The notes beneath the pieces were generated by a model. It saw only the letters and a list, made by a program, of their open reading frames with translations. It made no database searches and was not told the DNA's origin. This document shows positions 18,090 through 26,192 of a DNA stretch of 64,000 nt, in pieces (the stretch's first letter is position 1; the number at the start of each line of letters is the position of its first letter). A program made the position numbers and the translations under genes. This DNA is from Deltaproteobacteria bacterium (GTDB lineage: Bacteria > Desulfobacterota > RBG-13-43-22), in NCBI GenBank assembly GCA_016219225.1, contig JACRBX010000097.1, positions 1,106-65,105 on the forward strand. Reading direction: 5' to 3'.

Positions 18090-19022
18090 ATGAAGGAAGT
18101 GGGTATCATCGGTGCCGGGACCATGGGTCACGGCATTGCCCAATGTTTTACCGTCAAAGGCTGGCAGGTCCGGCTTTATGATGCCAGACCGGAAACATTG
18201 AAAACAGCGCCAGACCGCATCCGGGCTAATCTGAATGTTTTTGTAGAAGCCGGGGTCATAGATCCGGACACGGCCCGGGCCGCAGCGGAGCAGGTGATCC
18301 TTTGTGATACATTAGCCTTGGCAGCCCAAGGCCCGGAACTCATCATAGAGACGATCAGCGAAGAACTGGATCTTAAGCGAAAGTTATTTACTGAACTGGA
18401 AGGACTGGTCCCCCCGGAAACCATCTTCTGCACCAACACCTCGGCCATCAGCATCACTTCCATCTGCCGCTATCTCAAACATCGGGAGCGGGCACTGGGG
18501 ACCCATTTCTGGAACCCTCCCCACGTCCTGCCCTGTGTCGAAATTATAAAAAGCCAATATACCTCCGAGGACGTCTTCGAAAAGGTGGTCTCTATCATAG
18601 CGGCTATCGGCAAAGAGCCGGTGCGGGTCCATAAAGATGTTCCGGGATTTTTGGGTAACCGGATGCAGCACGCCTTGCAGCGGGAGGCCATGAGCATCGT
18701 GGAGCAGGGCATTGCCTCCCCGGAGGAGGTGGACCGGGTCGTTAAATTCGGTTTCGGCCTGCGTCTGGCCCTTATGGGGCCTTTGGAACGAGCCGATCTG
18801 GGGGGTCTGGATATCACTTATAAGGTTCAGAAATATTTACTCCCCCATCTGTGCAACGAAATCGAACCTTCTGCGCTCTTAGCTGAAAAAGTAGCCGAAG
18901 GTCATCTGGGGGCCAAGAGCGGCCAGGGCTACTATCCCTGGCCCCCGGAAAAGACCGCTGAAACCATCAGAACCAGGGACCGTCTGCTTTTGGACCTCAT
19001 CAAATTGATCTTTGGGCCTTAA
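18090..19022 (+). CDS. 3-hydroxyacyl-CoA (3-hydroxybutyryl-CoA) dehydrogenase
   Basis: Rossmann motif IGAGTMGHGIA, the FWNPPH motif, and a C-terminal domain typical of the HBD/FadB family. Confidence 0.9.
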   Translation: MKEVGIIGAGTMGHGIAQCFTVKGWQVRLYDARPETLKTAPDRIRANLNVFVEAGVIDPDTARAAAEQVILCDTLALAAQGPELIIETISEELDLKRKLFTELEGLVPPETIFCTNTSAISITSICRYLKHRERALGTHFWNPPHVLPCVEIIKSQYTSEDVFEKVVSIIAAIGKEPVRVHKDVPGFLGNRMQHALQREAMSIVEQGIASPEEVDRVVKFGFGLRLALMGPLERADLGGLDITYKVQKYLLPHLCNEIEPSALLAEKVAEGHLGAKSGQGYYPWPPEKTAETIRTRDRLLLDLIKLIFGP

Positions 19023-19149
19023 CAGGTTGCTGAAAAAGGTCCAGATACAAGGCGCCCGAAATCCAGAGGAATGAGGCGTACATAAAAGTACGTCGCAATG
19101 ACGAAGGATGAGGGCAACACGGTAGATGGACCTTTTTGAGCAACCTGTT
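19021..19149. repeat. ~130-bp palindromic MITE-like element
   Basis: Terminal inverted repeats AACAGGTTGCTGAAAAAGGTCCA (19021-19043) and TGGACCTTTTTGAGCAACCTGTT (19127-19149), with 1 mismatch. An inner hairpin GGCGTAC..GTACGTC is present. Confidence 0.7.
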
Positions 19150-19172
19150 AAAAAAAGTTTTTTCGCATCCCG

Positions 19173-20030
19173 TTAAGGGAAGGTCTGCTTTATGGCTGCC
19201 CCCATGGCCTCAATAACCTGTTCATCGATTTTCATTCCATCAAAATCATAGACCAGGAAATGGGCCTTTTTATCCAAGGCCGCCCTGGTCATTTGGCCGG
19301 CCCGGACAGGTCCCGGATTAATCACCGGGGTGCAATCGGTGTTGTTAATGACTTCCAAACCGGCCTCTGTGGTCTTTACGGTTGACGGATCAAAATCAGT
19401 ACACCAATGCCAGTCCAGATAATCCACCTTCCCGGAAATCATCGGCCGGCCCCGCCCTCCGGGGCCATTAAGGACCTTTTTCCCAGGCCATTCCTTCAGG
19501 GCTAATTCCTGCCATTCTCGGGATTTACTGGAGCCATCAGGTTCTGAAACAGGCAAAAGGAGTACCTGGTTTATCCCGATTTGGTCCCTGATCTCCCGAA
19601 TCCGGTCCAGAAACCATTCGGTCGAGGCTTTGCTTGACCCCTCGCTGTTCCAATTCACCACACTGATCAAGGTGGTGATATGATAGGTCCGCATGGCCTT
19701 TACGAACCGTTTGGCTGCTTCCAGATCCGTCCGGCGAGATAATCCTTTTCGTCCTTCTTCATCAAACCAGGGGACATATTCGATCCCGGTCAGCGTTAGT
19801 CCATTCCGGGAAAGCAGTTCTCCCAATGCATTCGGATCAATTCGAGACCAATTATTCACCAGGCCGTATCCGATCAAGATTGATGGGCGATTAAGACGAG
19901 ATTCCTTATCAGACCGGGCGGAGGGGCTTGCCCCTGATTCCTGGGCCGAAAGGGGTCTGGCAGACAAGGTCCAGAGGCAAAAAGACAAAAAAACAGCAAT
20001 AAAAAATAGAAAATTTTTGATCGGCTTCAA
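19173..20030 (-). CDS. Secreted hypothetical protein (signal peptide; possible TIM-barrel hydrolase-like fold, unassigned)
   Basis: This is the C-terminal 285 codons of ORF 19173-20447. The in-frame TTG at 20030 gives a signal peptide (KPIKNFLFFIAVFLSFCLWTLSARPLSAQ) and overlaps the upstream MFS stop (TTGA). The upstream extension overlaps the MFS gene. Confidence 0.5.
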   Translation of the reverse strand: MKPIKNFLFFIAVFLSFCLWTLSARPLSAQESGASPSARSDKESRLNRPSILIGYGLVNNWSRIDPNALGELLSRNGLTLTGIEYVPWFDEEGRKGLSRRTDLEAAKRFVKAMRTYHITTLISVVNWNSEGSSKASTEWFLDRIREIRDQIGINQVLLLPVSEPDGSSKSREWQELALKEWPGKKVLNGPGGRGRPMISGKVDYLDWHWCTDFDPSTVKTTEAGLEVINNTDCTPVINPGPVRAGQMTRAALDKKAHFLVYDFDGMKIDEQVIEAMGAAIKQTFP

Positions 20031-21259
20031 TTTTTTGTTTTTATTCCCAGGGCCATCAGGCCCCCGAGGATGGAAACACCCCCGGCCAGAAAAAATGGGA
20101 TTGAAAAAGTCTGGGTGGCATCGGAAAGATAGCCTCCGATCCCCGGCCCCAGGGCCTGACCGATCCCAAAAAATAGGGTGACTAAACCAAGACCGGCCGG
20201 GGCCAGCCGGGGACCGACGATATCGCCGGCAGTGGCGGCCATGATGGTCGGGATGCTCCAGGCACTCAGACCGAAAAAAAAGACCGATAAATAATAGCCT
20301 GTTGGCCCCTTGATCAGGGCAAAAATCAGGTAGGCGGCCGCCAGGGTTAAATAAGCCAGGGCCGCTCCCCGGGCCCGTCCCAGATAATCGGAGATACCGC
20401 CCCAGATAATCCCGCAAAAAATGCTTAAGCCTCCGACCAAAGCCCACAGACCTCCGGCTTTGGCCGGGGTCATTCCCAATTCCTTTATCAGATAGGCGGC
20501 AAAAAAGGTCATATAGATGATATAGGAAAAGCCGTACATAAAATAGACCATCCCCAGATACCAGACGGCCTTGACTTTATAAACTTCTTTCCATCTGAGG
20601 GCGCCGGAAGCAGGGGCCGGTCCTTTGGGTAAAGACTGTGGAACTTCCTCCCCCACCTGGCAAAGGCCCAGCTCTTCAGGCCGGCTGCGAATAAACAGGG
20701 CCGCTAAAACGGCAATCAGTAGCACAGCCGCCCCCAGATAATACCAGGCGAAGCGCCAACCCTCCAGCCCATGGGCCTTGAGAATAGGCGGGATGACCAG
20801 GCTGGCGATCATGGTCCCCAAACCGATCCCGGCCGAAACGATCCCGGTAGCAAACCCCCGCCGATGGCTGGCGAACCAGGCCGAGCCCAGGGCCATAGCC
20901 GGAACGTAGGCCGCCCCGTGGCCCAGGCCGGTGAGCAGGCGCAGGCTGAAGGCCATTTCAAAGCTTTGGGCCAGGCCGGTCAGAAGCATGGTCACCCCCA
21001 TAAAGGCCAGGGCCAGGGTGATCATCCAGCGACACCCGAAATGGGCTGCCAAGGCCCCGCCGATCAAGGCCATAAGGAGATAACCGACAAAATTCCCGGT
21101 ACCGATCAGACCCAACTGGGTATAACTGAAATGGAGCCCGTCCTTCATGGCCGGGAGAATCAGGGTATAAGACATGCGCCCGAACCCATGGGCCCCGATA
21201 GTTACCAACAAACCCACAAAGATCACAATCCAGCCGTAATGCAACCTGGGTTTCTCCAT
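20027..21259 (-). CDS. MFS transporter (YbfB/YjiJ-like)
   Basis: 12-TM-like hydrophobicity, with MFS-typical loop motifs and length. Confidence 0.85.
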   Translation of the reverse strand: MEKPRLHYGWIVIFVGLLVTIGAHGFGRMSYTLILPAMKDGLHFSYTQLGLIGTGNFVGYLLMALIGGALAAHFGCRWMITLALAFMGVTMLLTGLAQSFEMAFSLRLLTGLGHGAAYVPAMALGSAWFASHRRGFATGIVSAGIGLGTMIASLVIPPILKAHGLEGWRFAWYYLGAAVLLIAVLAALFIRSRPEELGLCQVGEEVPQSLPKGPAPASGALRWKEVYKVKAVWYLGMVYFMYGFSYIIYMTFFAAYLIKELGMTPAKAGGLWALVGGLSIFCGIIWGGISDYLGRARGAALAYLTLAAAYLIFALIKGPTGYYLSVFFFGLSAWSIPTIMAATAGDIVGPRLAPAGLGLVTLFFGIGQALGPGIGGYLSDATQTFSIPFFLAGGVSILGGLMALGIKTKN

Positions 21260-21296
21260 ATACCCTCCTTGATGGGATTTCGGATAATCGGCTCAC

Positions 21297-21788
21297 CTAT
21301 TTTTTCAAAGCAGCCTCAACTTTTTTTAGCGGCAGGGTTCTCGACAGATCCCCGGGGGAAATTTCGATCAGAAAGCCCCGCTTGCCTCCGTTAATAACCA
21401 ATCGGTCAAGGGAGAAGATACTTTTTTCAGCATAAACCGGCAAGGTTTTTCTGGTCCCGAAGGGACTGATGCCCCCTACTTGATAGCCGGTGTGTTTTTG
21501 GGCTTCCCCTTCCCCACAGGGATTAATCCGTTTTACACCTATCTGACGGGCTAATTCTTTGGTGGAAACCTGACAATCGCCGTGCTGCAGAACGATAAAG
21601 GGTTGGCCGGAGTCCGCTTTCAAGACCAATGTCTTGATAATACTATGCTCCGGAATCTTAAGCATCTCGGCCGCCAGATGCGTGCCTCCATGTTCTTCAT
21701 AGGTATAGAAACGGGGCTTGAAATCTATTTTTCGCTCCCGCAGAAAACGGACAGCCGGAGTGACGGGAATGTCGGGTTTGTCCGCCAA
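21297..21788 (-). CDS. YbaK/EbsC-type aminoacyl-tRNA deacylase (Cys-tRNA(Pro) deacylase-like)
   Basis: The TPAVRFLRERKIDF...IIKTLVL...TGYQVGGISPFG pattern fits the YbaK family. The TTG start at 21788 gives a 163-aa product. The longer ORF-track version overlaps the upstream gene. Confidence 0.72.
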   Translation of the reverse strand: MADKPDIPVTPAVRFLRERKIDFKPRFYTYEEHGGTHLAAEMLKIPEHSIIKTLVLKADSGQPFIVLQHGDCQVSTKELARQIGVKRINPCGEGEAQKHTGYQVGGISPFGTRKTLPVYAEKSIFSLDRLVINGGKRGFLIEISPGDLSRTLPLKKVEAALKK

Positions 21789-21798
21789 AAAGCCCCTT

Positions 21799-22470
21799 TT
21801 ATGCTTCCGCCTTTTTTTCAGCGGCGATCCGCAAGGCTTTTGCTTCCAATTGTTCAGTGTACTTTTTCCAGGCCTGCCCCTGTTCATCAGTTGCCTTCCA
21901 AAGGGTGAAATGACAGGTAGGAGCCCCGGTCGGAATCGTGGTGTCAACGCGCACCTGAAAGCCTGGTGCCAGGCCGGCCTCCTCAAAGGCATCCAGCATC
22001 CCCTGGACCAGGTAGCGTTGAACCCGGCAATCGAAGGCCTGATAATGATCCTGGTGGGGGCACCAGAGGATATCAAAGCTGACCTGATCCGGTCCGTCGA
22101 TTTTGGGATCTTCCAGCGAGGCATAGGCGATCCGGTTGATCACCGTGACGACATAACTCAAAAACGTTTCTTCGGTCATCGAATCCGGTTTTTGAATGCC
22201 CTTGAGAATTTGCCGTCCCACATCCAAACCCACCTTTTGCAAGGCCTGACAGACCACCTTCTGACCTTCGACTCCGAACTGTTTTTCACAATCTTTGAGG
22301 ATCTCGATAACCGCCATGGCCTGCATGGTCCCCCACTGCCAGAGGGTGGCCGGGTCGAAATCGGTCTTTCCCAGGACCTCTTCGTTCAACCTCTTCAGGC
22401 CGTTAGCATAGGGTTGGTTGAACCTGAAATCCTTCCAGGCCTCCTCCGGACGATGTTCCCAGTGTTTCAT
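21799..22470 (-). CDS. Hypothetical protein (weak resemblance to the L-2-amino-thiazoline-4-carboxylate hydrolase family)
   Basis: Clean 223-aa ORF with an ordinary amino-acid composition. The family assignment comes only from remembered motif spacing and is unverified. Confidence 0.45.
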   Translation of the reverse strand: MKHWEHRPEEAWKDFRFNQPYANGLKRLNEEVLGKTDFDPATLWQWGTMQAMAVIEILKDCEKQFGVEGQKVVCQALQKVGLDVGRQILKGIQKPDSMTEETFLSYVVTVINRIAYASLEDPKIDGPDQVSFDILWCPHQDHYQAFDCRVQRYLVQGMLDAFEEAGLAPGFQVRVDTTIPTGAPTCHFTLWKATDEQGQAWKKYTEQLEAKALRIAAEKKAEA

Positions 22471-22573
22471 GGCATTTCCTTTCGTTTAAACTTGATTCTT
22501 TTGGGCCACCGAACTACACGGGCCAATATAGACATTTTGAGTCCGGCCAATAATGATGCTCACGAAAAAACCC

Positions 22574-22688
22574 GTCATTCCGACTCCGTCCCGTTGGGGA
22601 CTACGTCCCGGAGGGCGCAGGCGGGAATCCAGGCCCTATGTAACTAATTAATCCCGCCAAAAGCGGGACCCGTTTTCACGGGAATGAC
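22574..22688 (-). repeat. GTCATTCC...GGAATCC(AGG) hairpin-repeat family, two adjacent copies
   Basis: GTCATTCCGACTCCGTCCCGTTGGGGAC...GCGGGAATCCAGGCC at 22574-22635 is related to the reverse complement of 47921-48016. A second unit CCCGCCAAAAGCGGG ACCCGTTTTCACGGGAATGAC sits at 22650-22688. Confidence 0.75.
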
Positions 22689-22694
22689 GATAAT

Positions 22695-22737
22695 GGGCGC
22701 TTCTCTTGAACTTTGAGCTTTGAGCTTTCAGCTATTT
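22695..22737 (+). repeat. Heptamer array (CTTGAAC TTTGAGC TTTGAGC TTTCAGC TATTTT)
   Basis: Nearly identical to the array at 11241-11275, including the trailing CAGCTATTTT. Confidence 0.7.
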
Positions 22738-22739
22738 TC

Positions 22740-23084
22740 TCAACTCTTCCGAATAAAATGCGGTATCTCCGCCGGAACGGGGAAAACGATTTCAACAAAG
22801 CCGGCATAGCGCCCTTCCTGATACCAGGGGGTTTGATAAATGAGGCGATGCTGCCCTTCTTTTTCAATGGAATACACATTGTCCTCCTGCCGGTCCATCA
22901 GCCCCTTCAATTTTTCCCGGGCCGCCTCGGGATGGCAGTCCAGGACATTGGTGCCGATCAGGTCCTTCCCCCCCTGTTTCTCGAAGCTTTTAATAGCCCT
23001 ATCATTCATATACAGGATAATCCCCTCCGGATCGCAAACCACAATCGCCCCCGGAAATTCCTTGACCCAAGCATGTTCCGTCAT
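22740..23084 (-). CDS. Stand-alone PAS-domain protein
   Basis: 114 aa. The IVVCDPEGIILYMNDRAIKSF...VLDCHPE pattern is typical of a PAS fold. Confidence 0.65.
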   Translation of the reverse strand: MTEHAWVKEFPGAIVVCDPEGIILYMNDRAIKSFEKQGGKDLIGTNVLDCHPEAAREKLKGLMDRQEDNVYSIEKEGQHRLIYQTPWYQEGRYAGFVEIVFPVPAEIPHFIRKS

Positions 23085-23156
23085 AACTTTTTCATATCCT
23101 TTCCGGTTTTATCAACCTTCTTGTAAAATCAGTGCGGTGTCAACTCACTTTAAAAT

Positions 23157-23480
23157 TTAAATAATTCTTTCCCCGGTGGTAATAATCTCTTTTATATACG
23201 GGTTTGTTTCATCAAAGTCCGATCTGGCAAAGGCGTGGGGTTCAATACTAAGGTCAATGTCCCATCTAAGCTGCATGAGTTCGAGATCATCCTTAATTCC
23301 ATCGATATCTTCCTTATCCAGAAAAACCGCCAAGTCGATATCGCTTTCGGGGTGTTGAGTGCCTTTAGCGTAAGATCCATATAAATAGAGCCGCCATATA
23401 CCGACCCGATTGTCCTTAAGACGATCAATATACTGATTGATTTTTTGGTATATTACCTGCTTATCTGTTGCAAGAGCCAT
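23157..23480 (-). CDS. Nucleotidyltransferase-domain protein (MNT-type antitoxin of a HEPN/MNT pair)
   Basis: The GSYAKGTQHPESDIDLAVF motif is a minimal nucleotidyltransferase signature. The gene overlaps the upstream HEPN gene by 28 nt. Confidence 0.8.
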   Translation of the reverse strand: MALATDKQVIYQKINQYIDRLKDNRVGIWRLYLYGSYAKGTQHPESDIDLAVFLDKEDIDGIKDDLELMQLRWDIDLSIEPHAFARSDFDETNPYIKEIITTGERII

Positions 23481-23788
23481 TGCCTAAACTCCTTGATCTT
23501 TTTGATGGAATCCTCTGTATATTCTTTGGTGGCCATTTGAAAAAACCTGTCTTTAAAATCAGGATATCGGGTACGAAGATTATACGTCGTTACCTCATCA
23601 AGAAAAAGCATCTGTTCCTTCGTTAGTTCAAGCCCGGCGTCTTTAGCGATTTTCAAAAGATTATGAATTCGAGGCGAGGCAATATCAACATTCCTGACGT
23701 AACAGGCTTTCAATAATTTTTCCAATACCAGATGCCCGACAAACAAGGACCACCCATAATGACTGTTGCTGAACAGACTTTCCATCAC
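23453..23788 (-). CDS. HEPN-domain protein (toxin of a HEPN/MNT pair)
   Basis: HEPN-like helices and an R-x4-6-H-type region (RTRYPDF). It is paired with the MNT gene. Confidence 0.75.
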   Translation of the reverse strand: MMESLFSNSHYGWSLFVGHLVLEKLLKACYVRNVDIASPRIHNLLKIAKDAGLELTKEQMLFLDEVTTYNLRTRYPDFKDRFFQMATKEYTEDSIKKIKEFRQWLLQQISR

Positions 23789-23964
23789 CGGGTAATCCTG
23801 GTTTGATGAATTGATCCAATACTGAACATTACGTTAGGATGCCCGGCAAGCTCGGTTTTGCCCTTAAATGACATAATCTTTAGCCCAGAAAGGACCATAA
23901 CTGGTGTCCCGCCGAGTTCCACTATGCAAACTTATCAGACCGGCGTCTGCATGCAAGGCGGTTA

Positions 23965-24231
23965 CTACCCATCCCGTACAACCGATTGTTCGCTGAGATT
24001 GATTCCAATCTCGTAAAGAAAATCGGGGGAAAAATCTGCATCATTTGGCCAAGTAACGGTATTGATATCCGGATTGACAGTAAAACGGCGGAAGTACTGG
24101 GGATCTTTAAGAGGTTCGAAGACAGGGCCGTCAAGGTGCAAGGCCAAGTCAACCATTTTTTCCTGACCATTTTCAAATCGAACCATAAGCTTATAATCGG
24201 ACAGATAGGTGGCTTCAGTAACGTAATGCAT
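23965..24231 (-). CDS. DUF2442-family protein
   Basis: Family-typical pattern YKLMVRFENGQEKMVDL...FEPLKDPQYF..V..D..TVTWPNDADFSPDFLY. Confidence 0.7.
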   Translation of the reverse strand: MHYVTEATYLSDYKLMVRFENGQEKMVDLALHLDGPVFEPLKDPQYFRRFTVNPDINTVTWPNDADFSPDFLYEIGINLSEQSVVRDG

Positions 24232-24241
24232 TGGACGCCTC

Positions 24242-24502
24242 TCAATCTAACGGTGGTATTGTCAATAAATTTTCCCGACGTTCTGCTCTTTGCCAGTTCT
24301 CCATCAGTTCTTGCCGGTGCTCAAACGCCCATTCCAAAACCAGGGAGATGGCCCTGCGGGGGAGAGACCCCTCAATAATCCCGAGGTCTGAAATCGCAAA
24401 GGCGGCTCTTTGCCCTGCATATTTTGCGTGGAAATGAGGGGGGGCATGTTCCTTATAATACATGGCGATTACAATTCCAAAAAATCTACTTATTTCCGGC
24501 AT
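24242..24502 (-). CDS. DUF4160-family protein (partner of DUF2442)
   Basis: Pattern MPEISRFFGIVIAMYYKEHAPPHFHAKY...LPRRAISLVLEWA..H..EL..NW. Confidence 0.75.
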   Translation of the reverse strand: MPEISRFFGIVIAMYYKEHAPPHFHAKYAGQRAAFAISDLGIIEGSLPRRAISLVLEWAFEHRQELMENWQRAERRENLLTIPPLD

Positions 24503-24645
24503 TGAAAACCACCTCCAAAACCTCGATTACCATACCTGGTCAATAAATACCACAATTTTGTCCGTAATTCCGACGGCATGGGAAACGAAACCTCTTTAAG
24601 TTAACGGCATTGGAACCAAACCTCGACTTACACCTAAAAGAAATG

Positions 24646-25206
24646 CTAATATGCTGTGGAGACTCTATACTTCTGGTTTCCAACCAGTGCTACATATTGG
24701 AGATGAAAATATTTCCTCATACGTAATAATATTCGAAACCATGAGGACTTGAACAGCAATAGCCCTTTGTCTAAATTGCTTATTGCTATGCAGGTCACCG
24801 CCTCCTCGTTGGTTTGTAAGGTAATTTGTCTCCTACAATATTTTTGACAGAGGTCATCAAAAAATTTCAGTTCATGTGACCGATCAGCGATATCTCGGGA
24901 TGCATCAGGGTGAACAGGAAAAAGGGATGAGCACCTGAGGGGTCTCACGTTTGTTATGTATACTATAGAACCCGTATTGTTCAGAAATTTCAAATTCACT
25001 CCATCGTAATCTTTGTTATCCATGGTCAGTTTACATTGGCTGAGTGAAACTGCAAGATTTGGAACATTCCTTACTTTTCGTCGTGTCCAAATAAACAAAA
25101 CCAAAGGCCAAAAAATGCCAGTAAAAACGATCGTGAGCCAATTTGGAAGGTCGTTTAATCTTATCCACGAGTAGGCGTCCAGAAATTCACTCCCAATGTC
25201 TTTCAT
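24646..25206 (-). CDS. Hypothetical membrane-anchored protein
   Basis: 186-aa ORF in AT-rich DNA with one N-terminal TM segment (WLTIVFTGIFWPLVLFIW). I recognised no family. Confidence 0.4.
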   Translation of the reverse strand: MKDIGSEFLDAYSWIRLNDLPNWLTIVFTGIFWPLVLFIWTRRKVRNVPNLAVSLSQCKLTMDNKDYDGVNLKFLNNTGSIVYITNVRPLRCSSLFPVHPDASRDIADRSHELKFFDDLCQKYCRRQITLQTNEEAVTCIAISNLDKGLLLFKSSWFRILLRMRKYFHLQYVALVGNQKYRVSTAY

Positions 25207-25386
25207 AAGACCTCCATGGGGGACGTATTCTATCTATTGATTATCTGGTTTACGAAAATATCTTTTTTAGCTTTCCAACCTTGCATCTACTCGGCGGATC
25301 GTCCACCAATTTATTAGATTTAAATTATGGTTAGCCCTAGGAGGGCACAATATTTTTATTTAATTTTCAACTACATACCATCATAA

Positions 25387-25436
25387 ATTGTGTTTTGATT
25401 GTGTTTTGATTGTGTTGAATTCCCCTAAAAACACAA
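25387..25436. repeat. 11-bp tandem repeat (ATTGTGTTTTG x2.8) plus an inverted partial copy (AACACAAT)
   Basis: Read directly: ATTGTGTTTTG ATTGTGTTTTG ATTGTGTTG at 25387-25417, and AAAACACAAT at 25427-25436. It lies between two minus-strand genes. Confidence 0.7.
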
Positions 25437-25455
25437 TTAATTCAAACCATCCATA

Positions 25456-25801
25456 CTAAATCGCAAACCATTTACCGGCTTTAGTTCGACCTTCCACTTT
25501 TATCTTTTTTTCTCCCTTTAACTCCTTTAACAAACCATGGATCTGGTACCTGGAAAGAGAGGGTAGGACTTGGGATAACTCTTCGAATTTGCATCCCCCT
25601 GGTCCGCACTCCTGAAAATGCTTTAAATTTATTGGCCAAAGAGTTATTGGTTTTTTTAAATTGGAAATATTTTAAATCTATTCGGGTAATGAATTGCTCA
25701 ATGTCCGGGAATGCTTCAATATAGTCATTGATTATCTCCGGGAAGGCTGAAATATCAAGCTTGGGCATGATTTCATCAGTCAGCAACGCCTTTTCGCCCA
25801 T
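25456..25801 (-). pseudogene. Small winged-helix protein gene interrupted by a 1-nt frameshift at an A7 run
   Basis: ORF 25481-25801 carries the N-terminal part. The +1 frame after the A7 run reads PITLWPINLKHFQECGPGGCKFEELSQVLPSLSRYQIHGLLKELKGEKKIKVEGRTKAGKWFAI, a wHTH-like C-terminus with no start codon, ending at 25456. Removing one A fuses the two frames. Confidence 0.45.
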
Positions 25802-25940
25802 AACGGCCCTGTTAATCCTGCCCCAAGTAAAAATATTTGTTTCATTTTTTGATCTTTTCTTGCTTAAAAATTCGAAGGAATCGTCGCTTTCTCTGCCAGC
25901 CTTTCTAATAGGCGAGCATCCCTATACCCATTAACTCTCA

Positions 25941-26192
25941 TTAATCTGGCTTTTCTGATTTTTTCTCTTTTGGATATTCCGCTTGTGCCTCACGAACCTC
26001 AATTTGACCCACAGGAACCTTTCCATTGGGATATCTGATAAATCGGGTTTTTTCATTTTTAAATTCATTTAAAAATCGGTTGAGAAGAGGATATCTTGTA
26101 CAAAGGCCCTGTCCAAACTGGGAGAATACTTTGCCGCTTCGAAAACCTGCCACTCTTTCAACAAATTCAATTAATTCTCCGTTATAAGACAC
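25941..26192 (-). CDS. Hypothetical protein (GTG start), possibly a remnant of a larger gene
   Basis: 83-aa ORF in AT-rich DNA. A 26-codon ORF lies directly upstream at 26182-26262 (MLISRIILKNWRNFKILDVRLGSRVL) and resembles the N-terminus of SMC/RecF-like AAA ATPases. Confidence 0.3.
   Translation of the reverse strand: MSYNGELIEFVERVAGFRSGKVFSQFGQGLCTRYPLLNRFLNEFKNEKTRFIRYPNGKVPVGQIEVREAQAEYPKEKKSEKPD

Noticed and set aside
25640-25665. Programmed ribosomal frameshifting at the A7 run, and likewise at the C5 run at 48301-48305.
   Set aside because: The shift needed at the A7 run is +1, not the -1 expected for an A_AAA_AAC slippery site, and I see no downstream stimulatory structure. Both events sit in homopolymers, which are the commonest sites of sequencing or assembly indels. 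I kept both as frameshift/pseudogene calls with that caveat.
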